Below are positions 38,567-48,488 of a stretch of DNA of 64,000 nt, piece by piece; the first letter of the stretch is position 1; each line of letters begins with the position of its first letter. Origin of the DNA: a virus; IMG/VR virus record IMGVR_UViG_3300020392_000004. One strand, 5' to 3'. The translations under genes were made by a program, and so were the position numbers. Below the pieces are notes generated by a model, which saw only the letters and a program-made list of their open reading frames with translations, was not told the origin of the DNA and did no database searches.

Positions 38567-38951
38567 TATCCTTACCACCAGTTTTCATACTGTTTTTCAA
38601 TTCTCGAATCTGTTTATCAGATAAGATTTCAACATAATCTTTTGCCTCTCTAGTTGATATCTGATAATATTCCTTTACAGTATCGAGTTTTTTACTAACA
38701 TATGGCTTTTGCCATTTGGAAAATCTTTGTCTTTTCCTTAAGGTATTTAGGAAAAACATGTATTGAAGACGGTTGTCTACTCCATGTCTGACATTCATTT
38801 CGTTAGTAAGAAAAACAGAATCTTGGTGATAAGATAATGCTTTGTTAATAAGGAATGGTTGATATGCTTTCTCTTCGACCTCATCAACCATGAGGTCTTT
38901 TTTGTCGTAAGAGACCGACTTTACAAAATCAAATGGATTTCTTTTACCCAA
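38559..38951 (-). CDS. gp62: clamp loader small subunit (gp62-like); start uncertain
   Basis: YQPFLINKALS, NEMN, LRKRQRFSKW; position before regA. Confidence 0.9.
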   Translation of the reverse strand: MGKRNPFDFVKSVSYDKKDLMVDEVEEKAYQPFLINKALSYHQDSVFLTNEMNVRHGVDNRLQYMFFLNTLRKRQRFSKWQKPYVSKKLDTVKEYYQISTREAKDYVEILSDKQIRELKNSMKTGGKDNG

Positions 38952-39237
38952 GTTGCTTACCCGAATCTGCAAGCTGTCTAGTGACTTCTTGGACTAAATC
39001 TGCACCTGTTTTACCTTCAACAAGGATATATTTTTTACCGTTCTTGAGAGTTCTTTCAACTCTTCCGTCCATGTATTGTATATCCATAACACCGTCTGCA
39101 ACATCTTTTACAGTATCTTCTGTTTCATACCACATAGATGGTAGACTGTGTGCATGTATCGATGTAGGTCTATTCACATAGTCTTCTGCTTTTAGTATTT
39201 GTCTTTGTAGTTCTACTTTGTCGTTATATTCTGTCAT
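38944..39237 (-). CDS. hypothetical protein
   Basis: Coupled ORF between gp44 and gp62. Confidence 0.7.
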   Translation of the reverse strand: MTEYNDKVELQRQILKAEDYVNRPTSIHAHSLPSMWYETEDTVKDVADGVMDIQYMDGRVERTLKNGKKYILVEGKTGADLVQEVTRQLADSGKQLG

Positions 39238-39506
39238 AATAAATTATATCTGCACTCCAATTCAAATTTTGCTTTTTCCCAATATAGAGAACCTTCGTCA
39301 AAATTATCCAAGACCCAACTCAAATAATATTCAGGCAAGTCCATCAGTTTATATTTTCCACAATATTTACCTTTACACTCCCAAACTTCGTTTCTCCACT
39401 TTGTTCTGATTTCTTCATGAGTATATTGATTTTCAATATCATTACTGTAATCTTTATTGTAATGATTTACATTTCTGTTATGTTTTTCGTGATTGATTTT
39501 ACCCAT
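39234..39506 (-). CDS. hypothetical protein (DUF3820-like GKY...LPxxYLxW motif)
   Basis: GKYCGKYKLMDLPEYYLSWV. Confidence 0.6.
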   Translation of the reverse strand: MGKINHEKHNRNVNHYNKDYSNDIENQYTHEEIRTKWRNEVWECKGKYCGKYKLMDLPEYYLSWVLDNFDEGSLYWEKAKFELECRYNLL

Positions 39507-40446
39507 CTTTAAATTTACACTCTGACATAATCTCTGTCATACATGCAGTAAAATTAATTTCAGAATCCATTGCAAATGCAGCTTTGTATTGATAATCTGC
39601 AATAAACAAAACTGCAGCTGGAATACTGGAAGGTTCTAGTCTTTTCTCAAGTGCATTAAACACTTTTCTATATAGGGCATTGAAATCATTATCAGAGTTC
39701 TGACCGACCCATTTTCTCATTCCACCCCAGTTTTTGTTTGCCAACATATCAATCAAGGGTGTAAGTTTCTCTTCTGATAGTGTAGATAATAACCCACTAT
39801 CAATTACACCACTTGCACCATATCTTTGAACTTCATTGATACACCTTCTGAAATCGGGAAAGAACTTGATAACTAATTCAACTAGAACCTTTTGGTCATA
39901 CTTGATACTTTCCTTATCACATATCTCCATAAGTCTTGCAAGGAAAACCGAGGCAAGTCTTTGTTTTTCATTTGGTGTCATTGTAAAGTCAATGACAGTT
40001 GTTCTTGAATGTAAAGGTGGTATGATTCTATTCTTGTAATTACATGTGAATATAAATCTACAGTTTGAAGAGAACTCTTCGATAAAGTTTCTCAAAGCTG
40101 GTTGAACAGAGTCAGCTGAAATATAATCTGCCTCGTCTAGGATTACAACCTTTGGTGCGTCTGATAATGAAACAGTGGACGCAAAGTTTTTGATTTTAGT
40201 TCTCAAAGTATCAATCAATCTTCCTTCGTCTGAACCATTGATTACAATAAAGTCTGCACCCAGTTCATTACATAGTGCTTTTGCAATCGTAGTCTTACCA
40301 ACACCAGCAGAACCACACAACATGAGATTAGGAATCTCACCTTGTTTTACAAATTCTTCAAATGTTGATTTTAGTCCAGCAGGAAGTATCGTGTCCTCAA
40401 TTGTTTGAGGACGATACTTTTCTACAAATAGAAATTCTTGATTCAT
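39499..40446 (-). CDS. gp44: clamp loader large subunit (gp44-like)
   Basis: VEKYRP, GSAGVGKTT, ILDEAD. Confidence 0.96.
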   Translation of the reverse strand: MNQEFLFVEKYRPQTIEDTILPAGLKSTFEEFVKQGEIPNLMLCGSAGVGKTTIAKALCNELGADFIVINGSDEGRLIDTLRTKIKNFASTVSLSDAPKVVILDEADYISADSVQPALRNFIEEFSSNCRFIFTCNYKNRIIPPLHSRTTVIDFTMTPNEKQRLASVFLARLMEICDKESIKYDQKVLVELVIKFFPDFRRCINEVQRYGASGVIDSGLLSTLSEEKLTPLIDMLANKNWGGMRKWVGQNSDNDFNALYRKVFNALEKRLEPSSIPAAVLFIADYQYKAAFAMDSEINFTACMTEIMSECKFKDG

Positions 40447-40560
40447 AAGAGTAAACCCCCCGCCGAGTTTACAGTGTTATTCACCCTTGAAGATTGATGA
40501 GATTGAATAACTCCCGTATGCATTGCAGAGACTGGCACAATACTTACACTAATATATAGG
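40447..40560 (-). ncRNA. candidate structured cis-regulatory RNA in gp45-gp44 spacer
   Basis: Three consecutive stems; the last hides a G-rich SD. Confidence 0.5.
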
Positions 40561-41229
40561 TTAGGCATTGTATTTTGAATCTGGCTCTAATGCAATAAAA
40601 TACTCCAAATCAATATCTGTATTGTTGAAGTGTGAAATACCTTTACTTGACACAGAAACCTCATAATTTCCGTCAAGGACTTTCAAGTTTTCAATCTTGA
40701 AGTTCATTGTATAAGATACTCCGTTTCCTTCACCCACGATTCTTGAGAATGTGTTTGAAGTAGGATTCTTTTTATCAGTCACTTCCAGTCTGATAACTGT
40801 TCCGTCACTGGATAACACCATGTCGTTTACTCCTAACACACTTGCAGCTTTCTGTAGTTCACTTAAGAGTGAAGAAGAAAGATTAATTACAATCTCTGCG
40901 TCAGGCATGGTTATCATTTTATCGGGTGCTGTGACCATTCCTTCACTTGCATAGAAATATGCAAGACTTGAGTTATCATCTGCAACCGTCAAACTTGTAT
41001 CTCCGAATTCAAATTCGGGGTCTGACAACAATGAAGTTGCACCCAAGAATTCAGGCAAGTTGTATATACTAAAATCTTGAGGGAACGATTCGTTTACCGT
41101 TGCCACTGCAAGAATGTTTTTCATATTTGAAATGGTCTCAAGTTTGTTCCCACTCTTAACTCTTATACCCGAGTTAATAGTAGAAAAGTTTTTAAGAACA
41201 CTCCTCGTATCATTACTAATTTTCATCAC
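40561..41229 (-). CDS. gp45: sliding clamp (gp45-like)
   Basis: VLKNFSTINSG, IYNLPEFL, YFIALE. Confidence 0.95.
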   Translation of the reverse strand: MMKISNDTRSVLKNFSTINSGIRVKSGNKLETISNMKNILAVATVNESFPQDFSIYNLPEFLGATSLLSDPEFEFGDTSLTVADDNSSLAYFYASEGMVTAPDKMITMPDAEIVINLSSSLLSELQKAASVLGVNDMVLSSDGTVIRLEVTDKKNPTSNTFSRIVGEGNGVSYTMNFKIENLKVLDGNYEVSVSSKGISHFNNTDIDLEYFIALEPDSKYNA

Positions 41230-41521
41230 TTTTAGCCTCCTTTATATGCGTGTCGTGATTATATAAAGCAAGGAACCCATAATGTATGACTTTCAACAAG
41301 TCAGCACGATTGTATCCGTCCTTCTTACCGTATCTTTGTGCATACTTTAAGATATTACCGATACAGAATCCCTCTCCGTGACCACCGTCCATGATAAATT
41401 CAGTTGCCTGAAACTTATCCTTGGAGTAATGCTGGTCGTAAGTTTTATCTACATAGAGAGAGAACTCCTTGAGGAGTTCTTTCTCGTTGTATTTGTAGTC
41501 AACTTTGTTTTTTCCAAACAT
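41216..41521 (-). CDS. DUF3310-like protein
   Basis: HY...GFCIGNILKYAQRYGKK..DLLKVIHY; TTGACG-N17-TATAAT promoter upstream. Confidence 0.8.
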   Translation of the reverse strand: MFGKNKVDYKYNEKELLKEFSLYVDKTYDQHYSKDKFQATEFIMDGGHGEGFCIGNILKYAQRYGKKDGYNRADLLKVIHYGFLALYNHDTHIKEAKSDEN

Positions 41522-41534
41522 TGAAACCATTATA

Positions 41535-42791
41535 CTACTCGTAGTCTGATTCGTCAACTGGGTTTTCTTCTGAATCTGAAACTTCTGCTTCTTCGTTCAG
41601 ATTAACCCCAGCGTCAATCTTGGAATAAAGGTCAAGGATAGAGTTTCTAGTCTCGATATCGAATCTAGAAATACACATCTCAATTGACTTGAGTCTATCT
41701 TTGAACATTCTGAAAGCATTCACAATGTGAACAAGTCTTCTTGTTGTAATCACATCGTCAATACCACCTTCGTAGTAAGTTTTTCTGATTATGTCAGCCC
41801 AGTCAACCAACTTCTTGGTAAACTCTGAATCAACATCACCAGTCAACTCCATTTCTTTTTCAAGAATTTTCAATTCAGTTTTCACTGGTGGATATTCTTG
41901 TTGCATTGTGATTGCAAATCTTTCCAACATAGCTTCGTTCATGATTTGAGTTCCAATGAACTTTCCATCTTCGGAACCTTGTCCTTTAGTATTTGCAGTT
42001 GCAAGGATTGTGAACCCAGCTTTTGGAGTCACCCACTCACCAGTTTTCTTGATTAGGTATCCTTTACCTTCAAGAACTGATTGTAAACACATGAGTTTGT
42101 TAGAACCCAAGTCAACTTCGTCAAGAAGAAGAACAGCTCCTTTTCTCATGGCTTTGATAACAGGGCCTTCTCTGAAAACAATGTTTCCATTGACTAGAGT
42201 GTGACCACCCATTAAGTCATCTTCATCAGTTTCGATAGTAATGTTGACCCTGTAAAGTTCTCTCTTCAACTGGGCACACACTTGTTCAATCATAAGTGTT
42301 TTACCATTACCACTCAATCCAGTGACAAACACTGGGAAGAATATTTTAGACTTGATTATGTTCTTGACATCTTTGAAGTGTCCAAAAGGAACATAGTTAG
42401 ACATTTTCTCGGGAATGATTTTGACATTGTCGTCAAGAACATTCACGGACTCTGTTGCAGCTGCAACTGGCATGTTTGAAGGAACTGCCTTCGAAGGAAC
42501 AGCCACTGGTTGTGGTGCAACTGGAGTCTCACCACCGTGAGAATATCCACCGTTGTATCCACTGATTACAGCTTCAAGGTTGAAGAGAACAGAACCATCG
42601 GGTTGTTTCTCTTTGAATGGGAACCTAGACGACTTCACCCAATAAGGGAGATAACCATCGGTTGCCTCTTTGATTTCAGCCCTCGAGAACGAGGTCTGAT
42701 TAGGATAAGCAGAACATAGAGTATCTATGACCTCTGTCTTATCGGGGGTAAGAGTAAAGTCCTTACCATTCACTTTTATTGATTTCTTCAT
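41535..42791 (-). CDS. cobS: CobS/MoxR-like AAA+ ATPase
   Basis: GLSGNGKT, ETDEDDL, LLLDEVD, ATANTKG. Confidence 0.9.
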   Translation of the reverse strand: MKKSIKVNGKDFTLTPDKTEVIDTLCSAYPNQTSFSRAEIKEATDGYLPYWVKSSRFPFKEKQPDGSVLFNLEAVISGYNGGYSHGGETPVAPQPVAVPSKAVPSNMPVAAATESVNVLDDNVKIIPEKMSNYVPFGHFKDVKNIIKSKIFFPVFVTGLSGNGKTLMIEQVCAQLKRELYRVNITIETDEDDLMGGHTLVNGNIVFREGPVIKAMRKGAVLLLDEVDLGSNKLMCLQSVLEGKGYLIKKTGEWVTPKAGFTILATANTKGQGSEDGKFIGTQIMNEAMLERFAITMQQEYPPVKTELKILEKEMELTGDVDSEFTKKLVDWADIIRKTYYEGGIDDVITTRRLVHIVNAFRMFKDRLKSIEMCISRFDIETRNSILDLYSKIDAGVNLNEEAEVSDSEENPVDESDYE

Positions 42792-42819
42792 ATAGTCTCC
42801 TTTTCTCATCAATACATAT

Positions 42820-42852
42820 ATGCTAACAGAAAGCTGGGGTCATTGTCAAGGC
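42820..42852 (-). promoter_or_regulatory. early promoter
   Basis: GCCTTGACA...TGT-TAGCAT. Confidence 0.7.
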
Positions 42853-42853
42853 C

Positions 42854-43126
42854 CTATTTGATAGGTTCAAGGTTCCTTCCCATTTTCTCAATACATTTAA
42901 TCTTATCACCTTTCTTATTTTTTTCAGTAAGATAAGGTTCACCATTATTCACCCAAGTCCTAAATGCAAAACATTCAACCTTCTCATCTCTACATTGGTT
43001 GTAATTATCACAGTTATGGAAAACACAGGGACTTGGCCCAACTTCCATTACAGCGTCAGCGAACTTTGAAACATTCTCCACTGTTGGAATGTAATAACTT
43101 GGGTCTACTCTTAACGGTTCTCTCAT
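42854..43126 (-). CDS. Cys-rich hypothetical protein
   Basis: PC..HNC.....C.....EC.AF. Confidence 0.7.
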   Translation of the reverse strand: MREPLRVDPSYYIPTVENVSKFADAVMEVGPSPCVFHNCDNYNQCRDEKVECFAFRTWVNNGEPYLTEKNKKGDKIKCIEKMGRNLEPIK

Positions 43127-43303
43127 TTAGTCACTCCCAGTAATATCATCTAATAAATCCAAGTCTACTTTTTCCAATAGTGTGACCTTGAACTTTTCAC
43201 CTACTGTTTCTACTATGTGAGGAACTTCTACACCCTTTGAACTTGCAATGTCCACTCTTTGTGTGAATTCCCTATAGTCGTCTTTATTCAGAATTGCTTC
43301 CAT
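43127..43303 (-). CDS. hypothetical protein (58 aa, not in ORF track)
   Basis: Manual translation MEAILNKDDYREFTQRVD...; TAATG overlap with the upstream gene, stop abuts next ATG. Confidence 0.65.
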   Translation of the reverse strand: MEAILNKDDYREFTQRVDIASSKGVEVPHIVETVGEKFKVTLLEKVDLDLLDDITGSD

Positions 43304-45702
43304 TATGCTATCTCCTTGATAAATTCATTAGTCAAAAACCTAGATGTTGTCTTTGACTTTTGGTTTTTCTTGAAAGCAGCCAACACTTTAGTTTTTTTAG
43401 CGTCGACCAACTCGTCATCTAGTTCGTCTGAACCTTCCACTCCAAGATTTGAAGCAGCGGTTATGAATAGTTTGTTGTATCCGTGGGAGTCCATTACGAA
43501 TCCACCTTTTCTTGCTTGTCTCCAAGCACTGTCTGTATCTGTTTCCCAATGAACAAGTTCTGCCTCTCTGATAACTTGAACTGCCTCATGTTTCTTTCCA
43601 CAAACAAAGTATCCAGTGATTATACTTCCTGTTTCTTTACTCAACCAGTGTAGAAGGTTTTGAGTAGTTTTGAAACTAGAACCACCACTGTATCTTTCAG
43701 CGTCTTGTAAAGGGTAAACTTTTCTTGAATATGGGTCAATGATTTCTCTGATATGTTTTGTATCCCATCTGTCAGTTTCACCTCTTTGTTCTCTCTCACT
43801 TGCATACTCGTCATCTTTTTTCTCAAGACTTCTTGCAGAGTGTGAATACCCGTCTGTAATAACTGTTAGGATTGACTTTTCAATTCCGTAGTTCTTGATA
43901 AAGTTTCTCAATAGAGTTCTTGAAGCAACAAGTGCTTGGTCTAGAGGAGTTCCACCTAGCTGCATTTCTCTAGGAATATATTCTCTAGGAATATCAATGT
44001 ATCCACCCATGTGATTACCATAACCGTCATCTTTGAAAAATGGTTCTTGATATCCTCTATACCACTCATCATACTTTTGAACTTTCTTTTCCCAACCTCT
44101 TCCCCAAGCATAACCAAGTTTCTCATAGAAATACTCATTGTAGATTGAAGAGAACCAAACACAAGCTTTCTTGAAATCTTTTCCACTCATTTCATTTGAG
44201 AACAATTCAATCAATGTAGAGTTGTCACTTCTCCATTCACTGTCAGCGTCTCTTCTGTAAGCGTCACTGAATAAGTAAACTCTGTGAGGAATGTTAACTT
44301 TTCTACAGAACATTGTAAGAATATATGCTTGTTCTAGAATGTCCATGACCTCACCACAAATAGAACCACTCCAGTCAACTAGAATATTGACACCATGGTT
44401 TTTACCGTCAGGCATGTAAGTCACTCTTTTGAAAACATCATCAACAATCTGATATTTTGCAAGTCTGTTCATATCCAACTTACCAGTTTTACCACTGAAT
44501 GAATGAACAGCTCTTTGTGCAGTTTGTCTCATTTCAAACTCTTTTGCCATGTGCATGACAATTGCTTTGTTCTTCTGTTCCATTTTCTTTGCAGTCCACT
44601 TTGCTCTTCCAAGAGACTGTTCTTTGTATTTGAAACCGTATTCTTCTTTACCACCTTCGTGGAATGTTTCGAATAGTTTGTGGAGTTCTTTGTAAGAAGT
44701 CACATAGTCTTTGAAGTAATCTGCATTCTTGAATCTTTCACCAAGGTCAATTTGATACTTGGTATGGTTTGAATCTGAAATGAACATTTCTTCATTGTTG
44801 TGTGCATTGTGTTCTGTGATAGATTCTCTTGCACCGTCTTTGTCATCGAAGTCTGAAGCTTCAGCAGGATTACCTTTACTTGCAATACTTCCAGTAGGTT
44901 TTTCTTCTTCTGTTTCTTCTTCACCTTCGTCTGATTCTTCTTCACCACTTCCTGTAGTTTCTTGTTCTACTTCGGGAAGATTGTCCTCTTCCTCTTCTTC
45001 TGAATCTGAATAACTGTCACTGTAAGATTCTTCACCTTCGTTCTCTTCGAAGTCTTCGAAGTCATCTTCACCTTCTTCTTCGTCACCAACATCAAACATT
45101 TGAGGAACTAACGATTCATCAACTTCTGTTCTTACTTCGTTTTCTTTTGACCACTCATAGATTGCAGTTGCACATTCTTCAACCTCTTCCCATGTTTGAC
45201 ATTTCATTGACCAGTCAAGGAAGAATTTTTCTTCTTTAGAAAGATTGATATTTACTCTAGAACCACACTTTGTAATCAAGTTGATTTTGTCAATCAATGA
45301 ACATTCTTTGTCTAGGTCTCTTCCCTTGACTCCAAAGAAATCCATTTCCATAAGTTCATTGTATGCTTTGAAGAATGACTTTCTTAAGCCTGGATATTTG
45401 TCTTTGATAAATCTCTCGATTCTGACATCTTCAACAACATTGAGATATCCTTTGAGAGTTCTGTTTTTAGTGACAGCAGAATGAACACCTTCAAATGGTG
45501 TATGTAATGCATGAGAAACTTCGTGACCCATGAACAAGTCATAAAGTTCGGAAGATATATCTTCTTTAAGAATAGGACAACAAAGTAATCTATTCTTTAA
45601 GTCGAAGTATGCAGTAGGAACCTTCCTATGAACAATAGTAAGATTCTCTGTTGCCATTAGTCTGGCAAGGTTGTCTTTTTGGTTTGTTAGTCTCTCATTC
45701 AT
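43303..45702 (-). CDS. CobT-like protein: metallopeptidase motif + acidic linker + VWA domain
   Basis: HEVSH, NVVEDVRIE, GKLD, LVDWSGS (MIDAS), GGTPL, ITDG. Confidence 0.85.
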   Translation of the reverse strand: MNERLTNQKDNLARLMATENLTIVHRKVPTAYFDLKNRLLCCPILKEDISSELYDLFMGHEVSHALHTPFEGVHSAVTKNRTLKGYLNVVEDVRIERFIKDKYPGLRKSFFKAYNELMEMDFFGVKGRDLDKECSLIDKINLITKCGSRVNINLSKEEKFFLDWSMKCQTWEEVEECATAIYEWSKENEVRTEVDESLVPQMFDVGDEEEGEDDFEDFEENEGEESYSDSYSDSEEEEEDNLPEVEQETTGSGEEESDEGEEETEEEKPTGSIASKGNPAEASDFDDKDGARESITEHNAHNNEEMFISDSNHTKYQIDLGERFKNADYFKDYVTSYKELHKLFETFHEGGKEEYGFKYKEQSLGRAKWTAKKMEQKNKAIVMHMAKEFEMRQTAQRAVHSFSGKTGKLDMNRLAKYQIVDDVFKRVTYMPDGKNHGVNILVDWSGSICGEVMDILEQAYILTMFCRKVNIPHRVYLFSDAYRRDADSEWRSDNSTLIELFSNEMSGKDFKKACVWFSSIYNEYFYEKLGYAWGRGWEKKVQKYDEWYRGYQEPFFKDDGYGNHMGGYIDIPREYIPREMQLGGTPLDQALVASRTLLRNFIKNYGIEKSILTVITDGYSHSARSLEKKDDEYASEREQRGETDRWDTKHIREIIDPYSRKVYPLQDAERYSGGSSFKTTQNLLHWLSKETGSIITGYFVCGKKHEAVQVIREAELVHWETDTDSAWRQARKGGFVMDSHGYNKLFITAASNLGVEGSDELDDELVDAKKTKVLAAFKKNQKSKTTSRFLTNEFIKEIA

Positions 45703-45708
45703 ATGTAT

Positions 45709-45741
45709 ATGCTACCATAAAGCCTGACACATAGTCAAGGC
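45709..45741 (-). promoter_or_regulatory. early promoter
   Basis: GCCTTGACT...TGG-TAGCAT, 6 nt before ATG. Confidence 0.75.
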
Positions 45742-45746
45742 TTAAT

Positions 45747-45866
45747 TTACTCACTGTTTTCAAGGGCTTCCAGTGCATACGCAACTGCTTGGTCTTCATT
45801 TAGACCTTTTTCAAGTCCCTCTTCGAACATGTTTTCTAAAAATATTTCTGTATATTCACAACTCAT
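45747..45866 (-). CDS. small acidic early protein (39 aa, not in ORF track)
   Basis: MSCEYTEIFLENMFEEGLEKGLNEDQAVAYALEALENSE with its own promoter. Confidence 0.65.
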   Translation of the reverse strand: MSCEYTEIFLENMFEEGLEKGLNEDQAVAYALEALENSE

Positions 45867-45872
45867 ACTACT

Positions 45873-45905
45873 ATGCTACCAAAAAAGCATAGTCACTGTC
45901 AAGGC
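45873..45905 (-). promoter_or_regulatory. early promoter
   Basis: GCCTTGACA...TGG-TAGCAT, 6 nt before ATG. Confidence 0.75.
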
Positions 45906-45910
45906 TTGAG

Positions 45911-46696
45911 TTAGAATTTTTTGGCGTAATTCAGATATTCATGCCAGAGTTCTTTATTTCTGTGCATTTCAGTCTGTTTTGTGAATAGGGTATCACCCAA
46001 ATCAAAAGGTAGGTGGTGTTTAATAGAAGATTCATCTTGGTCTAAATCTTGGACATAATTTTGAGTTGCACATTTTTCAATGTCATCTGTAAACCATATT
46101 GCCATTGTGTGTCTAGACTTTCTTCTGACTTTAAAAACACCATGAGAATGATAGATTCCTTGGAATAATAATCCGTCACCAGCTTTTCTGTCTTCACCCA
46201 TGTTTGCAGATTGCCAACCAAAAGGGTAATAATCAGAAGGTGGAAAATATGTTTCACCACCACTGTGGTCATCATTTAGATATAAGATACAAGTCCATTC
46301 TCTTGAAGGGCCTCGTTCTCCTCTCTGTATCTTCCCCTCATACTCGGGGTCTATTGCCATTTCTTGATTAGAATATGTATCTAGGTGAGGATTTTGGACA
46401 CCACCAATTGGCCACTCTGTGACTGTTGCCATTTCTGTGTGGTAAACTCTGTTTGTTGCTTTATATATCTCTGCAATGCAATGATTTTCTACTTGCTGAA
46501 AGATTCTACGAATCGTTTCATTTCGTATATGCATTTTACGGATTCCCCAATAGTCGGAACCGTCACCAACTCTACGAAGATGTTTGTGACTCAAGTGCCA
46601 CCGAATCATCGTTTGGCACTGTTCCTCCGTTAGTATCGGAATCAGCTTGTGATTGTATACTTTGGAGTTGTCTAGCAATTTCCATTCTGCGCTCAT
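45911..46696 (-). CDS. 2OG-Fe(II) oxygenase (prolyl 4-hydroxylase-like)
   Basis: PHLD, CILYLNDDHSGGETYF, HGV..V....RHT. Confidence 0.88.
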   Translation of the reverse strand: MSAEWKLLDNSKVYNHKLIPILTEEQCQTMIRWHLSHKHLRRVGDGSDYWGIRKMHIRNETIRRIFQQVENHCIAEIYKATNRVYHTEMATVTEWPIGGVQNPHLDTYSNQEMAIDPEYEGKIQRGERGPSREWTCILYLNDDHSGGETYFPPSDYYPFGWQSANMGEDRKAGDGLLFQGIYHSHGVFKVRRKSRHTMAIWFTDDIEKCATQNYVQDLDQDESSIKHHLPFDLGDTLFTKQTEMHRNKELWHEYLNYAKKF

Positions 46697-47198
46697 AATC
46701 TAATCTCTTTCTTCTCTCTTTTGGTCGAGCCTGTAATGCTCTTTCTATTTTCAATCGAGAAGCTCTTTGTAGGAATATAATACCGTTTAGGTGGTCTAAT
46801 TCATGTTGAACACACCTTGAACCTATTCCATCTAATTGTAAGGTTCTTCTCTCTCCGTCTGAATCTGTATAATCAAACTCTATAACTTTTGACCTCTTTA
46901 TCATTAAGTATATATCGGGGAAAGAAAGGCAACCTTCTTTCATTAATTCTGTTTCTTGGGATAACTTTGTAATCTCGGGATTGAAGAATGCTTTGGTTCC
47001 ACTATCTGCTGTTTTCATAACAAAAACTCTATAATCTAAACCTAATTGATTTGCAGATAAACCTATACCTCCAAATCTATCCATGGCTTCTCCAAGATTT
47101 TTTTCTATTTCTTTTGGGTCTTCGGGTGGATTTTCGAAATCGAACTCTGTTGTAGGGTTGCGTAAAACCTTCGAAGCTTCTTCTACTAAATCATACAT
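46572..47198 (-). CDS. def: peptide deformylase
   Basis: GIGLSANQ, EGCLSFP, QHELDHLNG. Confidence 0.96.
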   Translation of the reverse strand: MYDLVEEASKVLRNPTTEFDFENPPEDPKEIEKNLGEAMDRFGGIGLSANQLGLDYRVFVMKTADSGTKAFFNPEITKLSQETELMKEGCLSFPDIYLMIKRSKVIEFDYTDSDGERRTLQLDGIGSRCVQHELDHLNGIIFLQRASRLKIERALQARPKERRKRLDYERRMEIARQLQSIQSQADSDTNGGTVPNDDSVALESQTSS

Positions 47199-47200
47199 AA

Positions 47201-48484
47201 TTAAAATTTTACTGTTGGATTCACTTTCACATTTACATCTAATTCAAACACTCTTATTGATTCATGAATCCCTTTATTTATAAGGTCTTTAACACCCTTA
47301 ACTAATTCTTGTATTTTTTCTTTGAACCAATTGAAGGCTGCTTTAAGTTTCTGAAATATCCAACTTATTATAGATTTTATTTTATCTAAAAATTTTCCCT
47401 CGTCTATAACCCCTTCGGTTAACATATTATTTGCAAGTTCTATCTGTTCGTTTGCACCTGTCTCTATCTCACCAGTCTTATCTAAAAGAACTTTTGCTGA
47501 AACTCTAACTGCTTGGTAAAAATTATATCCTGCTTTTTGGCCACTAACTTTATATGAACCCGATTTTAAATCTGCACGAATTCCCATTTTTGCAGCTGTC
47601 TTACTTGCAAAATTTTTATCTATTGGAAGCATTTTGATTCTATCCATTTTATAATCCCATATAACCATATGAGTTGCTTCTGCAAGTGGGTCACCTTTCC
47701 CTTTATTAAATGCTTTACCACCAAACTTTTCAAACCCAGTCATGGCTTCATATGCAAATGCAGTTCCTACTTCGGGGTCTTTGAATGCTTTTTCGAATAG
47801 TTTATTGACATCGTCTTTAGTTTTATCTTGTTCGTCAATTATTTTCTTTGCAGCTTCATTTCCAGTTTTGATTGCTTCTTCGGGTGTCATTTTTTTAAGA
47901 ACACCAGCATTAACCTCTTCACCAATAGTTCGTGTATTATCAACAAAACTATCTACTGCATTTATTAAATCTGTTCTTAAAGGTTCACTTACCTTTGCCA
48001 TTTCTACAGCTGCCAATACGGTTGCTTTTGATTCACCTTTTTTACCCGACATTAATTGTGCAACTGGGCCCTTAACAGAACACTTCTGTCCAGCTAATAA
48101 TATATCAGTTTTAGATGTATCTTTACCTGTTTTACCACTCAATTCACTCCATATGGGTGACATATTTCTTTTTGATTGACCAAAACCTGCGTCATGTTTA
48201 CCACTTGGAATTTTTCTTTTACAAACTTTTGCAAAATTATATAAAATTTTATATTTTTCTTCTTTGTCTTTTGTTTTTGCAACTGCCCAATTACCTTTTG
48301 CAACTCGAAGAAAACCTTGAACATAATCATCTTTTTGCATTTCTACTTTAAACTTTTCGAAAGGTAGTTTTGCATGTTGTGTGCAAGCAACTATGACTCC
48401 TTCAAAGTAAGTAGAAGCATCAGCAGAAGCCTCCATTAGATTCTCTTTTCTTTCTTTTATAAGTCTGTAGACTGTTTCTGACAT
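47201..48484 (-). CDS. hypothetical late protein, possible degenerate PD-(D/E)XK fold
   Basis: FE...SKTDI...SVK..AQLMSG; amphipathic C-terminus; ACAAATA 5 nt before ATG. Confidence 0.6.
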   Translation of the reverse strand: MSETVYRLIKERKENLMEASADASTYFEGVIVACTQHAKLPFEKFKVEMQKDDYVQGFLRVAKGNWAVAKTKDKEEKYKILYNFAKVCKRKIPSGKHDAGFGQSKRNMSPIWSELSGKTGKDTSKTDILLAGQKCSVKGPVAQLMSGKKGESKATVLAAVEMAKVSEPLRTDLINAVDSFVDNTRTIGEEVNAGVLKKMTPEEAIKTGNEAAKKIIDEQDKTKDDVNKLFEKAFKDPEVGTAFAYEAMTGFEKFGGKAFNKGKGDPLAEATHMVIWDYKMDRIKMLPIDKNFASKTAAKMGIRADLKSGSYKVSGQKAGYNFYQAVRVSAKVLLDKTGEIETGANEQIELANNMLTEGVIDEGKFLDKIKSIISWIFQKLKAAFNWFKEKIQELVKGVKDLINKGIHESIRVFELDVNVKVNPTVKF

Positions 48485-48488
48485 GATA

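Noticed and set aside
41535-45702. Cobalamin synthesis role for the CobS/CobT-like pair
   Set aside because: No other cob genes; a MoxR AAA+/VWA chaperone-type pair common in T4-like marine phages is the simpler reading
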